52,418 bases of DNA from a virus. Taxonomy: Duplodnaviria; Caudoviricetes. Positions within the stretch are counted from its first letter, which is position 1; each line of letters opens with the position of its first letter. The stretch spans positions 1 to 52,418 of IMG/VR virus record IMGVR_UViG_3300036846_000061. One strand, written 5' to 3'. The notes beneath the pieces are model-generated. The model was not told the DNA's origin. It searched no databases and saw nothing but the letters and a program-made list of their open reading frames with translations. A program made the position numbers and the translations under genes. Shown here one piece after another: positions 1 to 9,298 of the stretch.

Positions 1-127
1 GGCAAGCCGGAAATGTTGACATAGTAGATGGTCCGTGGGTCCGGGATTACTTGAAGGAAATGGCTGCGTTTCCTGAAGGTGATCATGATGATTATGTCGA
101 TGCTAGTAGTGGTGCCTTTCTTGAGTG
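1..127. repeat. 127-bp direct terminal repeat (identical to 52292-52418); circular assembly overlap
   Basis: First 127 nt equal the last 127 nt, and the TerL frame reads through the join. Confidence 0.95.
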
Positions 128-176
128 CGTATCTGGTGCTTCTGCTTATGAACGTTATTTGGCCCTATCGTCATGA
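1..176 (+). CDS. terL: Terminase large subunit, C-terminal end (continues from 51076-52418)
   Basis: Reads ...FPEGDHDDYVDASSGAFLECVSGASAYERYLALSS, TGA at 174-176; HDD-x-x-D nuclease motif. Confidence 0.93.
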   Translation, partial: QAGNVDIVDGPWVRDYLKEMAAFPEGDHDDYVDASSGAFLECVSGASAYERYLALSS

Positions 177-382
177 CAGATACTTTTATTATTGATCCTA
201 ATAACATTACTGTTGTTTCTAGAATAGAAATGACAAAGATGAATTGGCTTACCTTTATGCCTTGTGGTATTAGAATTAACACAGAGACAGGCGAGGTTGT
301 TATACCTGAAAGTTTGTCTTTGAATGAAGCTTCATTAGCATTCTGGAATAATATACATCGTGTTGCTGGTGGATTTTACTAA
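173..382 (+). CDS. Hypothetical protein (69 aa)
   Basis: ATGA overlap with the TerL stop; lies between TerL and portal. Confidence 0.6.
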   Translation: MTDTFIIDPNNITVVSRIEMTKMNWLTFMPCGIRINTETGEVVIPESLSLNEASLAFWNNIHRVAGGFY

Positions 383-458
383 TGAATACTAGTGTGGTTA
401 TATTCTTTCAAGGATTATGCACAGTGGTATTAATCTTTGTGATAATGGGCGCGACTAG

Positions 459-1898
459 ATGAACCAGATTAGACGCCAAGATGGTTATGCTAACTTACTA
501 TCTGGACTAGGCGTTCCAGGTCTAGATCGCACATCCACTACCTTCCAAACAAGTAGTAATTGGATGGGTCGTGGTCTGACTCGTTACTGGACACAAAGGT
601 TTAATGCTTATGAACTAACTAATTTGTATATCACTAGTGGACTAGCACAAAAGATAGTAGACAAGCCCGCTGATGACTCGTTTCAAAGAGGTGTTCATAT
701 AGAGAATGATGAAGATGAATTAATGATTGCTGAATATGATAGACTTGCAGTATTGACTAGAATGGCTGATGCTATTAGATGGTCGCGTTTATATGGAGGC
801 GCAGCACTTATACTTATAGCCCAAGATGGAGGTGACTTTAGCGATCCACTCAATCTAGACAATCTAGATATGATCAATGAAATCAAAGTATATGACATAA
901 TGAGTATACAAGGAACTGGCAAATACTATACTGATGATAGCGATCCAGATACATTCGGAAAGATGGAGTATTACAACATTACTCCGCCAGAAGGACAGTC
1001 TTTTGAGATACATGAAACTAGATTAATACCAGTTCCTGGCGAGCCTTTGCCTCCAAATATGGTATATTTTAATCGTATACATTGGGCTGGTAGATCAGTA
1101 TTGGAGGCTTGTGCTAAGGATATTGGACGCTATGAGCGTGGACTAGATTGGTCAGAAAGGTTACTTGAGCGTAAGCAACAAGCAGTATATAACATGTCTG
1201 GTCTTGGCGAGATGATGGCCAATGGCGATGATGCTATGGTTGTTAGACGTATCAATATGGTCGATCAGGTTAGAAGCAATCTTAACTCTGTTGTAGTAGA
1301 CAAAGATGATGTATATAATGTTTTGAGTCCAGGCATCGATGGAACTCAGCCCGTTATTGAAGAGTTTAAGACAGCACTAGCGGCATCTTCTGGCTTCCAA
1401 GTAAACATGTTATTTGGTCAATCAACAAAAGGATTAAACCAGACTAATGCTGGTGATCTTGAGTCCCATTACGTAATGGTAGCTCATATACAAGAGGTAA
1501 TAGCTAGACCAGCATTAGAAAAGCTCACCTCTATACTATGGCTACAGAATGGACTAAAGAATGATATCCCAGATGATTGGGAAATCAAATTCAATTCTCT
1601 ATGGGTGCCTACTGATAAGGAGAATGCCGACAAAGAATTGGTAGAAGCGCAAGCAGAGAATATGGAAGTAACAACATTGATGACTCTTGTTAGTAATCAA
1701 ATTATGACTCCAGAGGAAGTGCGAGAGATTGTTGTAGACGAATACTATGGCGACTATGAATTTAGCACTGATCTGCCTACATTCCCTGAGGAGCTAAACT
1801 ATAGCGCCAATGTAGATGTAACGCAGATGGATGTGCCTATTGATAATGCTGGTGGCAATCCCGCGCCAGGAGTAAATCCACAGGTTCCGGTAAGATAA
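459..1898 (+). CDS. Portal protein (DUF1073/HI1409-like)
   Basis: 479 aa after TerL; DGYANL, RWSRLYGGA and LFGQSTKGLN motifs. Confidence 0.88.
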   Translation: MNQIRRQDGYANLLSGLGVPGLDRTSTTFQTSSNWMGRGLTRYWTQRFNAYELTNLYITSGLAQKIVDKPADDSFQRGVHIENDEDELMIAEYDRLAVLTRMADAIRWSRLYGGAALILIAQDGGDFSDPLNLDNLDMINEIKVYDIMSIQGTGKYYTDDSDPDTFGKMEYYNITPPEGQSFEIHETRLIPVPGEPLPPNMVYFNRIHWAGRSVLEACAKDIGRYERGLDWSERLLERKQQAVYNMSGLGEMMANGDDAMVVRRINMVDQVRSNLNSVVVDKDDVYNVLSPGIDGTQPVIEEFKTALAASSGFQVNMLFGQSTKGLNQTNAGDLESHYVMVAHIQEVIARPALEKLTSILWLQNGLKNDIPDDWEIKFNSLWVPTDKENADKELVEAQAENMEVTTLMTLVSNQIMTPEEVREIVVDEYYGDYEFSTDLPTFPEELNYSANVDVTQMDVPIDNAGGNPAPGVNPQVPVR

Positions 1899-2101
1899 TG
1901 GCAACTTTCGAACAAGAACCACTATTGCAATTCTTTGATATTGGTCACCTCAGAGAAGATTTGCAATTGGTTTCCGCACCATTCGCTGAGTTGGCAAATC
2001 GTATAGTAGATACATTGCCGCGTAATCCAGAACGAACTACTGCTATTCGTAAGTTGCTTGAAGCTAAGGACTGTGCAGTAAGAGCAAAGTTGTATAGATG
2101 A
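1898..2101 (+). CDS. Small helical protein, possibly related to Acb2/Tad1-type nucleotide sponges
   Basis: Coupled at both ends; LLQFF..HL...LPRNPERTTAIRKLLEAKDCAVRA; function inferred. Confidence 0.7.
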   Translation: MATFEQEPLLQFFDIGHLREDLQLVSAPFAELANRIVDTLPRNPERTTAIRKLLEAKDCAVRAKLYR

Positions 2102-2958
2102 AACGACGTAAGAAAATTGTTCCGATGAAGTATCCTCATAGTATTGAATATGAGTATCGGCGCAATTTGCGTTGGCTAAATGCTCAGATGCGAAAGGCAG
2201 TAAAGCATTATCTTCACCCTGTTGTTGAAACTGCTACCGCTGAAGTTACTGATACGTCTCACCCTGCTGGTGGGCATATTAGACAAGATGCTTGGCAAGA
2301 TGACCTCTATAAAGCTATGGATAATATAGCGAAAGATATGGTTGGGCCGACTAACGCAACTATCAAAAGATCATCATCAATACCTATAAAGGTGAATTCA
2401 TACAATAAAGCAGAATGGAAGAAACTGATACGCTCGCAATATGGTGTTAATCCTACTGCTGAAGACCCTGCTGCCTATGCTGATCTAATGGAACACTGGG
2501 CTTTCAATAATGCTGCTCTTATAAAAGACATACCGATTAAGACTATGAAGCAAATAGCGGACATGACTACTGAAGCTCTAATGAGTGGACAAACACAAGA
2601 AGATTTGTCAGATGACATCTACAATATATTTGATGATCGTTTGGACGTTACTGATAGTCGTTGCGATCTTATCGCCAGAGACCAAGTAGCGAAACTGAAT
2701 GGCAAACTTACTAGTGAAAGACAACAAGATATTGGTGTTGATAGTTATGTATGGCGAACTGTTGGAGATGAACGAGTAAGAGAAGCACACGCAGAGGTAG
2801 ATGGACAAACATTCCAATGGGGTAATCCGCCAGGAGATACTGACTTTAATGAACCTGGTGAAGACTATCAATGTCGTTGCTGGGCCGAACCAGTATTGCC
2901 TGAGGCTATGTCAGTAGAAGCTTCATTACTCGATGAAGAAGAAATGGTGGATGCGTAA
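2098..2958 (+). CDS. Head morphogenesis protein (SPP1 gp7/MuF-like)
   Basis: IARDQ..KLNG, YVWRTVGDERVREAH, PGEDYQCRC motifs. Confidence 0.9.
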   Translation: MKRRKKIVPMKYPHSIEYEYRRNLRWLNAQMRKAVKHYLHPVVETATAEVTDTSHPAGGHIRQDAWQDDLYKAMDNIAKDMVGPTNATIKRSSSIPIKVNSYNKAEWKKLIRSQYGVNPTAEDPAAYADLMEHWAFNNAALIKDIPIKTMKQIADMTTEALMSGQTQEDLSDDIYNIFDDRLDVTDSRCDLIARDQVAKLNGKLTSERQQDIGVDSYVWRTVGDERVREAHAEVDGQTFQWGNPPGDTDFNEPGEDYQCRCWAEPVLPEAMSVEASLLDEEEMVDA

Positions 2959-3134
2959 TGACTCTTCAAACTGAAGAAAGCAAAGATGAATTAATTGGTA
3001 AGATGCGCGCAGTGTTAGTGCAGTGTTATGATCAATTTCGTTTCTATGAGCAAGAGCATATTAGGAAAGGTTCTTTTGAGAAATCAGCGACTAATGCTAA
3101 GTTTGCTATAATGTGTTCTGAGGTGTTGAAGTAA
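2958..3134 (+). CDS. Hypothetical protein (58 aa, MTLQTEESKDELIGK...)
   Basis: Hand-translated; fills the gap exactly with TAATG overlaps at both ends. Confidence 0.65.
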   Translation: MTLQTEESKDELIGKMRAVLVQCYDQFRFYEQEHIRKGSFEKSATNAKFAIMCSEVLK

Positions 3135-4225
3135 TGGTAACACGATATGATGTTATTGCAGTAAAGGCTGAAGTATCCAAGGAAGGTTGGATACGTGATA
3201 GGCCAGTCATTACTAGATCAGGCATCTTTGAATATAGAACCGCAGACGGAAAGATCAGAAAAGAATACAGGCCTGATAGTGAAGTATTCTCGGATACAAG
3301 TCTTGCTACGGCTAATGGGATACCTGTTACTGATAGCCATCGTGGTTTGGTTGACAGTAAGAATGTTGATGGCATTATCGGAACAGTTACCAGTAATGGC
3401 ATTAAAGATGAAGCCAATGTTTTGGCAGATGTTATCATCCATAACCCGTCACGTCTAGGCGACAAGCGTGAATTGTCTCTTGGTTATGAATGTGACATCG
3501 ATGAGACGCCAGGAGAATATAACGGTCAACGATATGATTGTGTACAAAAGAATATAATATACAATCACCTCGCGGCTGTAAAGAAAGGACGTGCCGGTAA
3601 TGCTAGACTGAGGCTTGACTCTAACGATGCCATTATTGGCACTTTTCAAATGGAGACACCTATGGAACCTACCACTAAGCTCGTTACAATTAGGCTCGAT
3701 GGCATCGACTATCAAGCCTCGCCTGAGATCAGTAATGCTTTGAATAAAGAGCGGGAAGCATTGGCTGCTCTACAGAAACGATTTGATACTGTAGAGGCTG
3801 AGCGTGATACGCTCAAAAGCACTACTGCAAACTTTGATAAAGAACTTAAGGCTGCGCGCGAGGCTGGTCGCGCTGTCGTCAAAGTTAGGCTTGACCTTGA
3901 AGATGTAGCTCGTCAGCATAAAGTAAAGTTTGATGACGATGATACTGATCAAGTAATCAAGACTAATGTTTTGGGCAAGCTTCGTCCAGAACTAAAGTTG
4001 GATGGTAAGTCAGAGGACTATATTGATTCTGCTTTCGATCTGACTATGGAAGCCAATAAAGATAAGCAAAAGAAAGTAGTCAATCAACTTTCTAGGTTTG
4101 ACAAAGCTGCACCTTCTGGCGATAATAATGTAACAGAAATGGGAGGTGCTGGCGCGGCTAGAGCGAGATACCTTGCTCGTTTGCGTGGAGAAAAGACTGA
4201 AGATGGCGGTGGTAAAGCCGCATAA
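3134..4225 (+). CDS. Head maturation protease/scaffold (DUF2213-like)
   Basis: RSGIFEY, PVTDSH, ELSLGY, NHLAAVKKGRAG motifs followed by a coiled-coil C-terminus. Confidence 0.88.
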   Translation: MVTRYDVIAVKAEVSKEGWIRDRPVITRSGIFEYRTADGKIRKEYRPDSEVFSDTSLATANGIPVTDSHRGLVDSKNVDGIIGTVTSNGIKDEANVLADVIIHNPSRLGDKRELSLGYECDIDETPGEYNGQRYDCVQKNIIYNHLAAVKKGRAGNARLRLDSNDAIIGTFQMETPMEPTTKLVTIRLDGIDYQASPEISNALNKEREALAALQKRFDTVEAERDTLKSTTANFDKELKAAREAGRAVVKVRLDLEDVARQHKVKFDDDDTDQVIKTNVLGKLRPELKLDGKSEDYIDSAFDLTMEANKDKQKKVVNQLSRFDKAAPSGDNNVTEMGGAGAARARYLARLRGEKTEDGGGKAA

Positions 4226-4257
4226 CTAGATTATAGTTTTGGTCAAGGAGTAAGCAA

Positions 4258-4800
4258 ATGAGTGATCGCGCTCAAGAACGTCGTGACGATCGGGCTGGCC
4301 CTGAGCAGCAGGCTTATCAGCCATATGACTCTGCTACTTTCTTTTCAGTTGGTTTTCCTGGAATGAAAAGTACAGCTATGGATGATAATGTCGAGAGTTG
4401 GCCTTGTGGAACTGAGTCTGATTTCGGAACCGTAGTGACTAAAACTGTTGGTCCTACTGGATCGCTTCTAGTAGAGAGTGGTGGCACTGGAGATGTTGCT
4501 GGCATCGCTCTACATGATCACATCATCGCTACATACGGTCATTACTCTCAAGGAATGGCCGTATCAGTAATGACTCGCGGTCGTGTATGGTGTGCAGTTG
4601 ATGGTGCTGGCACTGGAATTACTTATGGTGCTCCTGCCAGTTTCAATCCGGCAAACGGCAAACTAAGTGCTTCTGGAACTGCTGTTCCTAATTCATCGTT
4701 CAGAGGAATGGTGAATGGCTTCTACGATATGCTCACAGGAACAACAATTAATATTGTTGAGGTTGAGCTACACTATCCATTTGCTGTAGCAGGTCCGTAA
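4258..4800 (+). CDS. Capsid decoration/cement protein
   Basis: Between scaffold and capsid genes; VSVMTRGRVW motif; AAGGAG RBS. Confidence 0.75.
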   Translation: MSDRAQERRDDRAGPEQQAYQPYDSATFFSVGFPGMKSTAMDDNVESWPCGTESDFGTVVTKTVGPTGSLLVESGGTGDVAGIALHDHIIATYGHYSQGMAVSVMTRGRVWCAVDGAGTGITYGAPASFNPANGKLSASGTAVPNSSFRGMVNGFYDMLTGTTINIVEVELHYPFAVAGP

Positions 4801-4832
4801 TCCCATCAACCCTCAACTAAAGGAATAGACTA

Positions 4833-5825
4833 ATGCTTCCAAAAGATCATGTACACTATGACGAGGCTGATCTGCCTGGCGTCATGGACTTTGTTGAACG
4901 AAACTTCCGTGAAGATCAAATTGCTACGCAAGTCTCAGGACTATGGCTTGCGCAACAACTTGATTATATTAAGTCGCAGACATATGATCGTTTGCGTCCA
5001 GGAATGAACGCTGATCGTCTTGTTCCTGACGATACATCTACTCCAGAATGGGCCGAGACTATTACCATTCGTATGTTTGACATGGTTGGTATGGCTAAAG
5101 TAATTGCCAACTATGCAGATGATCTCCCGCGCGCAGACATTGCTGGAGCGGCTCTGAGTGTTCAAGTAAAGACACTTGGCGATAGCTACGGTTACAATGT
5201 AAACGAATTGCGCGCCAGTAGAGCCACTGGAGTTGGTCTTGATACTCGCAAAGCCGATGCTGCTAGGCGAGCAATGGATCTTAAGATTGCCAGTATTAAA
5301 TTGAAGGGAGACCCTGACTTTAACTTGTTTGGATTGTTTACTCATCCAAACGTTCCAGAGTATGTCTTCCCGCATCCTGGCGATTGGACTGCTCTAACTG
5401 GCGATCAAATCTATGAGAATTTGGTCGGCCTTGCCTCTGCTTATACTCAGCAGAACCTAGGTATCCATATCGCTAACTTTTTGGAACTGGCAACTAAAGC
5501 TTATATAGCTGCCACCTCTAAATTTGTTACTGGACCTGGTGGACTTCCCATTGCTGCTCTAAGCCTGTTCGTTGCTAACTTCCCAGGCATTACTGTAGAG
5601 CATATTTGGGAATGCACTAATGCTGGGCAAGGCGCAAATGCAGGTAAGGATGTTGCGCTATTGTATGAGCGTGATATTGGAAACCTCGCGCACGAATATG
5701 TGATGCCGTTCTCGCAGCTACCTCCTGATGCGCGCAATCTAGAGATTGTTACGGATTGCCTGGCCAGGAGCGCTGGTGTTCAAATCTATTATCCTCTGTC
5801 ATTACTGAAAGGCTACACAACCTAA
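4833..5825 (+). CDS. Major capsid protein (DUF2184-like, HK97 fold)
   Basis: 330 aa; GMAKVIANYADDLPRAD, SYGYNVNEL, GLFTHPN motifs. Confidence 0.92.
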   Translation: MLPKDHVHYDEADLPGVMDFVERNFREDQIATQVSGLWLAQQLDYIKSQTYDRLRPGMNADRLVPDDTSTPEWAETITIRMFDMVGMAKVIANYADDLPRADIAGAALSVQVKTLGDSYGYNVNELRASRATGVGLDTRKADAARRAMDLKIASIKLKGDPDFNLFGLFTHPNVPEYVFPHPGDWTALTGDQIYENLVGLASAYTQQNLGIHIANFLELATKAYIAATSKFVTGPGGLPIAALSLFVANFPGITVEHIWECTNAGQGANAGKDVALLYERDIGNLAHEYVMPFSQLPPDARNLEIVTDCLARSAGVQIYYPLSLLKGYTT

Positions 5826-5826
5826 T

Positions 5827-6015
5827 ATGGCGGTTGTAGTAAACAACAGTGAGCGAGCAATAACTATAATTGATGTATTGGTCGCTCCTGGCATGCCAAC
5901 AGAACTACAGGATGAGCGACTAAATCATCCTGGGGTTCAGTCTCTGATGCATCAGATGACTGAGCGTAACGTGCCTGTTCTAGTAATAGTTGCAACTGAA
6001 AGGGACAATGTGTAA
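5827..6015 (+). CDS. Hypothetical virion-module protein
   Basis: Tightly coupled ORF after the capsid gene. Confidence 0.6.
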   Translation: MAVVVNNSERAITIIDVLVAPGMPTELQDERLNHPGVQSLMHQMTERNVPVLVIVATERDNV

Positions 6016-6620
6016 TGGCTACTTCTACTCCTGCTTTGATTGTTACTGGTGGTGGTGGACCTGATAATAGTTTGCCTGGTATTGGTAGTGGCGGTGGAAA
6101 TATAGATAATAGTTTGCCGCCACCTCCCGGCATTTGGCCGCCTCCAGTAGAGATTTGGCCGCCAGTTGTTCTTCCACCGGATTATCCAATGCCTCCTGGC
6201 AGCATTTGGCCTCCGGTTATAAATGTTGGTCCGATTCAACCTCCTCACGTTCCGCCTGGTGGACAAGTTCCGCCTCCAAGTGTAGGTGGTGGTCCTGCTC
6301 CTCCGCAACCTGGTCGGCCAACTCCGCCTGATCGTCCAGAGCAAGGTTTGCCACCGCAAATTGGTGGTGGACCAGTGTTGCCAAGTCCGAAATATCTAGT
6401 TGCTATCGTTGCAACAAGTTCTGATGGTGGACTTAAGGTAATTGGATATACTGTAGTGGATCCAAGCCTTAGTGTAGGTTTGCCATTGCCTGGTGGTCCT
6501 CCTGGCCATATTAGTGGTCAGCCACTTCCTCCTGGGCATGTTAGTGGCCAGCCTATTCCGCAGCCTAATCCTCCGCATGTAGGCGGTGGGCCCGCGCCTA
6601 CTCCTGAGCCGAAACGATAA
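6015..6620 (+). CDS. Proline/glycine-rich repetitive protein
   Basis: DNSLP x2, IWPP x3, VGGGP x2 plus IGGGP, PPGH(I/V)SGQP x2. Confidence 0.75.
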   Translation: MATSTPALIVTGGGGPDNSLPGIGSGGGNIDNSLPPPPGIWPPPVEIWPPVVLPPDYPMPPGSIWPPVINVGPIQPPHVPPGGQVPPPSVGGGPAPPQPGRPTPPDRPEQGLPPQIGGGPVLPSPKYLVAIVATSSDGGLKVIGYTVVDPSLSVGLPLPGGPPGHISGQPLPPGHVSGQPIPQPNPPHVGGGPAPTPEPKR

Positions 6621-6632
6621 TACAATACTATA

Positions 6633-6658
6633 CCGTGGGTCTAGAGATAGGCCCACGG
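6633..6658 (+). promoter_or_regulatory. Stem-loop with GAGA (GNRA) tetraloop, no U-tract
   Basis: CCGTGGGTCTA-GAGA-TAGGCCCACGG upstream of the PEP-CTERM gene. Confidence 0.6.
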
Positions 6659-6689
6659 GACTACCCTATAGTTAACTTTGGAGGGGAAT

Positions 6690-7334
6690 ATGACTAAACT
6701 AGTTGCTATCGTTGTCGGCGCACTGGCCTTTCCTAGCTTTGCCTATGCTGTTCCTATCATTCAGTTTGCTCAAACCAGTGGCAGTAACACTATTACTGCT
6801 ACGGCAAATGCTGGTGATACGGCCACTACTATCTCTGGAACTGATGTAGCAGTAAATGTTGCTCAGAACCTCGGTGGCACTCTTGGCGCTGCCTTTCTTG
6901 ACTTGAATGCTACTAGCGTTGATAGTGCAGTAGCAGTAGGCACTGGTGCGGTCCAGCACTATAATGGAACGTTCTCAGTCTTTACTGGCGCTGGAATGAC
7001 AGGACTAAACCTTCTGTCTGGAGTGTTTACTGATGCCGCTCTTGGTGTTGGTGGCGCTCTCACTCTTGCTATCGGCGCACCTCCTGATACGCTTAACTTG
7101 ACGTCAGACGAAATTCCGGCAGCAGAACTAGTTAATCCAGATGCGGCTTCATTTGGTTTGACTAATGTTTCGCCGGCAATTAATATCGCTGGATCGACTA
7201 TCAATAGTTTTACTGCAACTGTTGCTGGTAATGTATCGTCGTCAGTAGCCGCTGTTCCTGAGCCTGCCAGTATCGCTCTGCTTGGTATGGGTATGCTTGG
7301 TCTTGGTATGCTTCGGTATCGGCGCCAGGAGTAA
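6690..7334 (+). CDS. PEP-CTERM sorting-domain protein with signal peptide
   Basis: N-terminal MTKLVAIVVGALAFPSFAYA; C-terminal VPEPASIALLGMGMLGLGMLRYRRQE; GGAGGGG RBS before ATG 6690. Confidence 0.9.
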   Translation: MTKLVAIVVGALAFPSFAYAVPIIQFAQTSGSNTITATANAGDTATTISGTDVAVNVAQNLGGTLGAAFLDLNATSVDSAVAVGTGAVQHYNGTFSVFTGAGMTGLNLLSGVFTDAALGVGGALTLAIGAPPDTLNLTSDEIPAAELVNPDAASFGLTNVSPAINIAGSTINSFTATVAGNVSSSVAAVPEPASIALLGMGMLGLGMLRYRRQE

Positions 7335-7342
7335 TCCCACTA

Positions 7343-7855
7343 GTGTCTGAAGTAAAGACGCTGCCTGTAGAACCTCCACACTGGACAAGTGTGGAGGCTT
7401 TACTCCAACTGTTCTATCCCCAATTCTTTGACGAAACTAATGAGCAATATGTCGATCCAGCTATACTTCTACAGTTGGCGACATTGGCTGAAGAAACACG
7501 ACCGTGGTGTCTTCCTCCTGGCCAACAAGACTTAGCACAAGCAGCATTTACTGCATACTTAGTCTCATTACGTGGCGAGACTAGTTCTGGCGTAACTAAT
7601 GTTCCGACTATAGGGCCTATACAATCTGAGAAGGAAGGTGACATACAAGTAACGTATGCTGCTTCTACTACCAATACACAATCAGGAATGTCACAAAGAC
7701 CGCCATCCGACGCCTGGGATACTTGGAATAGACTATATATGCGTTGTGCTAAAGGTTCCATTATGACTCGCTTTGGCGATCCTTGTAGGTCTGCGCGAGC
7801 ACTAACTGATTATATAAATCCACTTGCATTTAATGTTTGGTATCCGATATGGTAG
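7343..7855 (+). CDS. Head-tail connector (DUF4054-like)
   Basis: YPQF, IQSEKEGDIQVTY motifs and position. Confidence 0.7.
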   Translation: MSEVKTLPVEPPHWTSVEALLQLFYPQFFDETNEQYVDPAILLQLATLAEETRPWCLPPGQQDLAQAAFTAYLVSLRGETSSGVTNVPTIGPIQSEKEGDIQVTYAASTTNTQSGMSQRPPSDAWDTWNRLYMRCAKGSIMTRFGDPCRSARALTDYINPLAFNVWYPIW

Positions 7856-8295
7856 CATTTAAGGATAAAGATATGGGATGGAAAGAAATAGAATTGAATA
7901 TTAAACAACTCAAAGGACGCAAGGTCAAAATTGGTATAATGGGAAACGAAAGTGTCGAGGGCACCTCAGTTGTGGATTACGCTATCTATAATGAGTTTGG
8001 CACTCGCAATATTCCTAGTCGCCCTTTCATGGCTACCACTGCTGATAGATATAGAGATGCAACGGTTAAGGTTGCTGAAGCGATGGTTGGAAATGTTATA
8101 GACAGGAAGTATAATGTAGACACTATGTTGGCTAGACTTGGCGCTTGGTATCAAGCTAAGGTTCAACAAACAATACGAGATGCTAAAGAATGGGCTGTGC
8201 CTAATAATCCTGAAACTATAAAAGCAAAGGGATCAAGCTCACCTCTTATTGATACTGGAAGGATGGTAGGATCAGTAAGGTATGAAGTAGAATGA
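7849..8295 (+). CDS. Neck/tail completion protein (HK97 gp10-like)
   Basis: YNEFGTRNIPSRPF, KGSSSPLIDTG motifs. Confidence 0.8.
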   Translation: MVAFKDKDMGWKEIELNIKQLKGRKVKIGIMGNESVEGTSVVDYAIYNEFGTRNIPSRPFMATTADRYRDATVKVAEAMVGNVIDRKYNVDTMLARLGAWYQAKVQQTIRDAKEWAVPNNPETIKAKGSSSPLIDTGRMVGSVRYEVE

Positions 8296-8705
8296 CAACA
8301 TCATTCCGTAAGTCATTCAAAGTATTGAGACGTAGCCTGGGCTATTGGGAGGAAGGTAGATACTTTCCATCAGATAATATTGGACTTCCTGAGCAAGTAA
8401 TGGCTACTGTTCAAATGCCATCTACTGGCGATATGATGAAAATAGAAGTTATGCCTTGGGGTAAGCGCGCGGCAAGATACATAAAGATATATACTGATAC
8501 TAGATTGAATTGTGTAAATCAACGAATTGCCAACACGCGCCAGGAGTATCCAGGAGACATCTTCTACTATGATGGTTCCGAATATTTATTGTTTGGTGAA
8601 GCTGACTTTACTATGTTAAGTCAAACTAGAAAGACCCAAGTATCTCATTGGCGTTATTATGCTTGCGAATTGATCGAGGGATCGAAATTGGAGATGATTA
8701 ATTGA
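8292..8705 (+). CDS. Head-tail adaptor/closure protein
   Basis: Position; GYWEEGRY, IKIYT, HWRYYA motifs. Confidence 0.65.
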   Translation: MTTSFRKSFKVLRRSLGYWEEGRYFPSDNIGLPEQVMATVQMPSTGDMMKIEVMPWGKRAARYIKIYTDTRLNCVNQRIANTRQEYPGDIFYYDGSEYLLFGEADFTMLSQTRKTQVSHWRYYACELIEGSKLEMIN

Positions 8706-9298
8706 TCCCTAATCTTTGGCAACTAACAGACTATACAGTTAATACTGTAGGCAAGAAAGGTGTCGAGGTTATCTGGTCGTATCAAAATGCAACTAGAATG
8801 GATAAGCCATACATTGTTCTAGACTATACAAATAATGATATTCCTGATCACGAATGGTATAGCGATGTCGATGTTGAGGGTAATAGAACACTAGCATCTT
8901 GGAGAAAAGCTACTGTAGATATGCAATTCTATTGTGGCCCTGACTCTATGAAGGTAGCTAATTATGTAGCTATGATGTTCTCTACTGAGAAGATATTAGA
9001 CAAAGAAATGGAACTAAATGTATCTGTAGGTAGTCGCTTGTTCTTTTCGCGTATGCCCGCTATGCTTAACAATTCACAATATGAAGAAAGAGCAATATAT
9101 CAATTTGATTTCTATTATACTGAAGAGCTAGAGGAATGGGTTAGCTGGATTGAAGCTACTGAAATTCACGGCGTATATACTGGTTCTTTGACCGAACTTA
9201 CTTGCGATGAACTAATTGATAGTGGACATATTACTGATTGGGATGAATATACTACTGGTTGGGATAATGGCGAAACAGTTTGGGACTATAAGGAATGA
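8702..9298 (+). CDS. Tail terminator/neck protein with acidic W-D repeat tail
   Basis: Position; YEERA motif; C-terminal TDWDEYTTGWDNGETVWD. Confidence 0.65.
   Translation: MIPNLWQLTDYTVNTVGKKGVEVIWSYQNATRMDKPYIVLDYTNNDIPDHEWYSDVDVEGNRTLASWRKATVDMQFYCGPDSMKVANYVAMMFSTEKILDKEMELNVSVGSRLFFSRMPAMLNNSQYEERAIYQFDFYYTEELEEWVSWIEATEIHGVYTGSLTELTCDELIDSGHITDWDEYTTGWDNGETVWDYKE

Noticed and set aside
1-127. Terminal repeat as a biological DTR
   Set aside because: It lies mid-TerL and 127 bp matches a common assembler k-mer, so it is best read as circular overlap
459-1898. Anti-CBASS Acb1 label sometimes attached to this portal family
   Set aside because: Size, position and motifs fit a plain portal; no extra 2H phosphodiesterase domain is evident
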